From a virus: 25,895 nt of DNA. Below the pieces are notes generated by a model that saw only the letters and a list, made by a program, of their open reading frames with translations, was not told the origin of the DNA and made no database searches. Position 1 is the first letter of the stretch, and each line of letters begins with the position of its first letter. The stretch is from positions 1-25,895 of the IMG/VR virus record IMGVR_UViG_3300028298_000030; one strand, 5' to 3'. The translations under genes and the position numbers were made by a program. Shown piece by piece: positions 24,608 through 25,895 of this stretch.

Positions 24608-24929
24608 CGTCCTTTTTTGGCTGCTCTTTCTTCTGTACCTGTGGTTCCGTGGCGGGGATTGTTGGGGCGGGTGCGGGTTCTGGCGCTGATGCCGGTTCCG
24701 GGGGATCATCCGGTCTCCGCATCCAGATGGGGTGCTCCACCATGTAGTAAAGCAGTGTGGGCGTGATGAGGAGTCCACCAGTATGTTTCGAATATGTTGC
24801 CTCGTCCGGACGGGAGTCCCAGAATACCTTGAAGGATTGAGTGAGTTCCGCATTCCGTCCGCGCTGGACTACCGGGTCGTTCCTCCGGAGATCTTCCAGC
24901 GTCTTGATTGCCTGTTCGAGATCCATCAT
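24585..24929 (-). CDS. Hypothetical protein with a Pro-rich tail, 114 aa
   Basis: Coupled start; PEPASAPEPAPAP linker. Confidence 0.55.
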   Translation of the reverse strand: MMDLEQAIKTLEDLRRNDPVVQRGRNAELTQSFKVFWDSRPDEATYSKHTGGLLITPTLLYYMVEHPIWMRRPDDPPEPASAPEPAPAPTIPATEPQVQKKEQPKKDGGKHSHR

Positions 24930-25168
24930 ATTAATACCATCACTTCTTTGGGCTGCCCGGTCCGGCTGCTGACCCGGTCGGGGTCCGGAGTATAGAGCGG
25001 GAGGCCCATGAGCCGGTCGGGATTGGCATTGATTCCTTCCTTTCTGAATTCATCTTTCAGCATGTCATAATCCTCGTTCGAGACCAGGATGCCCTTGGGT
25101 TTGAGTCCCACGCCCAGGGCCTGTGCCTGCTTCGCCGCAATGAGCGAGAAAAGGTCTTCTTTTATCAC
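24926..25168 (-). CDS. Hypothetical protein, 80 aa
   Basis: Coupled to neighbours; plausible composition. Confidence 0.55.
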   Translation of the reverse strand: MIKEDLFSLIAAKQAQALGVGLKPKGILVSNEDYDMLKDEFRKEGINANPDRLMGLPLYTPDPDRVSSRTGQPKEVMVLI

Positions 25169-25686
25169 CCGACCACCCTCTCCCCCATTTTCAGATTCGG
25201 ATCGTATTCGAAGTGCAGCACACCGGACGGCTCACAATCGACAGGGTCCTCAATCCTGACACGGGCATGGGTGAATTTCGTGCCGTCGTTTTCGAGAGAG
25301 TACCCAAGGATTACCTTCGCTTTGATGCCTTTGATACGGAGCATCTCGACAGCAATAAGTGATCGTTCGGTGCAGTCGCCCTGCATTTTCTGCCATGCAG
25401 TCTCGGGTTTCCAGACCTCATTCCCGCGAGTCACGGTCTTAATACGTTGGAAAAGGTGGAATTCAAGCGCCCGGATGAAATCGCACATCGAGCCGGTGTC
25501 TGCATTGAGGCGCTTCACGCAGTCTTCCATGGACTCTTCCGGGATGATTTTATCCCATGCCATGGTCGGGATTACGAGCCGGTCGATATAAACGGGTTTT
25601 TCCACAATCTTTTCGACCGGTAATTCCCTCACGACCTCCACGATTTTCGGAGGGATGAGAGTTTGAAGGAATTCAATAAACGTCAT
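25165..25686 (-). CDS. Transglutaminase-like (papain-fold) Cys protease domain protein, 173 aa
   Basis: QGDCTERS (Cys), LR..GI.A..V.G, THA.V (His), and a downstream acidic residue (DCEP); N-terminal VE..VEKPVYIDR repeat. Confidence 0.72.
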   Translation of the reverse strand: MTFIEFLQTLIPPKIVEVVRELPVEKIVEKPVYIDRLVIPTMAWDKIIPEESMEDCVKRLNADTGSMCDFIRALEFHLFQRIKTVTRGNEVWKPETAWQKMQGDCTERSLIAVEMLRIKGIKAKVILGYSLENDGTKFTHARVRIEDPVDCEPSGVLHFEYDPNLKMGERVVG

Positions 25687-25698
25687 GTCTTTTCTCCA

Positions 25699-25895
25699 TC
25701 ATTGTGCATGACCAATTCTCGGAAGTGGCTTTTCACTGCACGGTGCTGCCTGCTCTTGTTCCTTCAGGTGCATCATCAGCCCCAGCTCAGTACCCCACTC
25801 TTTCCGCAGCTCCTCGGCTCTTGATATTTGAGGTTCCGTGTCGAGCGGCTCATCGTCTTTATGCAGTTCCCGTTCAAGTGCAGCGAACTCCTTAT
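25699..25895 (-). CDS. Hypothetical protein, 3' part only
   Basis: Open frame from the window edge to TGA at 25699 (..KEFAALERELHKDDEP..GHAQ*). Confidence 0.45.
   Translation of the reverse strand, partial: KEFAALERELHKDDEPLDTEPQISRAEELRKEWGTELGLMMHLKEQEQAAPCSEKPLPRIGHAQ

Larger units (their letters stand above)
1..25895 (-). mobile_element. Segment of a head-tailed (siphovirus-like) virus or provirus, probably archaeal (methanogen host inferred)
   Basis: Complete, syntenic packaging-head-neck-tail module on the minus strand with ATGA/TAATG-coupled genes. No integrase or att site is visible, so provirus versus free virus is undetermined. Confidence 0.93.

Noticed and set aside
25165-25686. 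Calling this PeiW/PeiP pseudomurein endoisopeptidase
   Set aside because: No pseudomurein-binding repeats, and the inferred host group is not known to have pseudomurein; only the generic transglutaminase-like fold is supported.
1-25895. DGR template repeat, avd or intact reverse transcriptase
   Set aside because: No AAT-rich copy of the VR and no ORF with YxDD/RT motifs was found by eye; only the C-terminal remnant is supported.
1-25895. CRISPR array, tail sheath, integrase
   Set aside because: No regularly spaced repeats, no sheath-sized gene in the tail block and no recombinase motifs were seen.

Overview
The window is about 26 kb of a head-tailed (Caudoviricetes, HK97-fold) virus or provirus. 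Almost all of it is one minus-strand late operon: terminase small and large subunits, portal, an inserted fibre island, MuF, prohead protease/scaffold, major capsid, decoration and neck proteins, tail tube, tail chaperone, a short tape measure, Dit-like and hub/fibre proteins. No sheath gene is visible, so the virion is probably a short-tailed siphovirus. A methanogen-type PKD domain, AbrB regulator, many small Zn/Cys proteins and the codon style suggest an archaeal host, possibly Methanomicrobiales-like; this is inference. Main observations: (1) A broken diversity-generating retroelement (DGR). A CLec-fold fibre ends in a variable region with a clear AAT->NNT mutagenesis signature. About 700 bp downstream, an unannotated 42-codon ORF resembles the C-terminus of DGR reverse transcriptases. 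An HNH endonuclease and a startless Zn-ribbon ORF sit where avd, TR and the RT body would be expected. (2) The portal is fused to an AT-rich JAB/JAMM-like domain and followed by a Cys-protein/DUF5661 chimera, with recurring K-A/S candidate cleavage sites. (3) An unannotated +1 frameshift site (TCC TTT CGC) would produce a G/GT tail-chaperone pair. No integrase, intact RT, tRNA or CRISPR array was seen. All family calls come from motif recognition by eye, not database searches.
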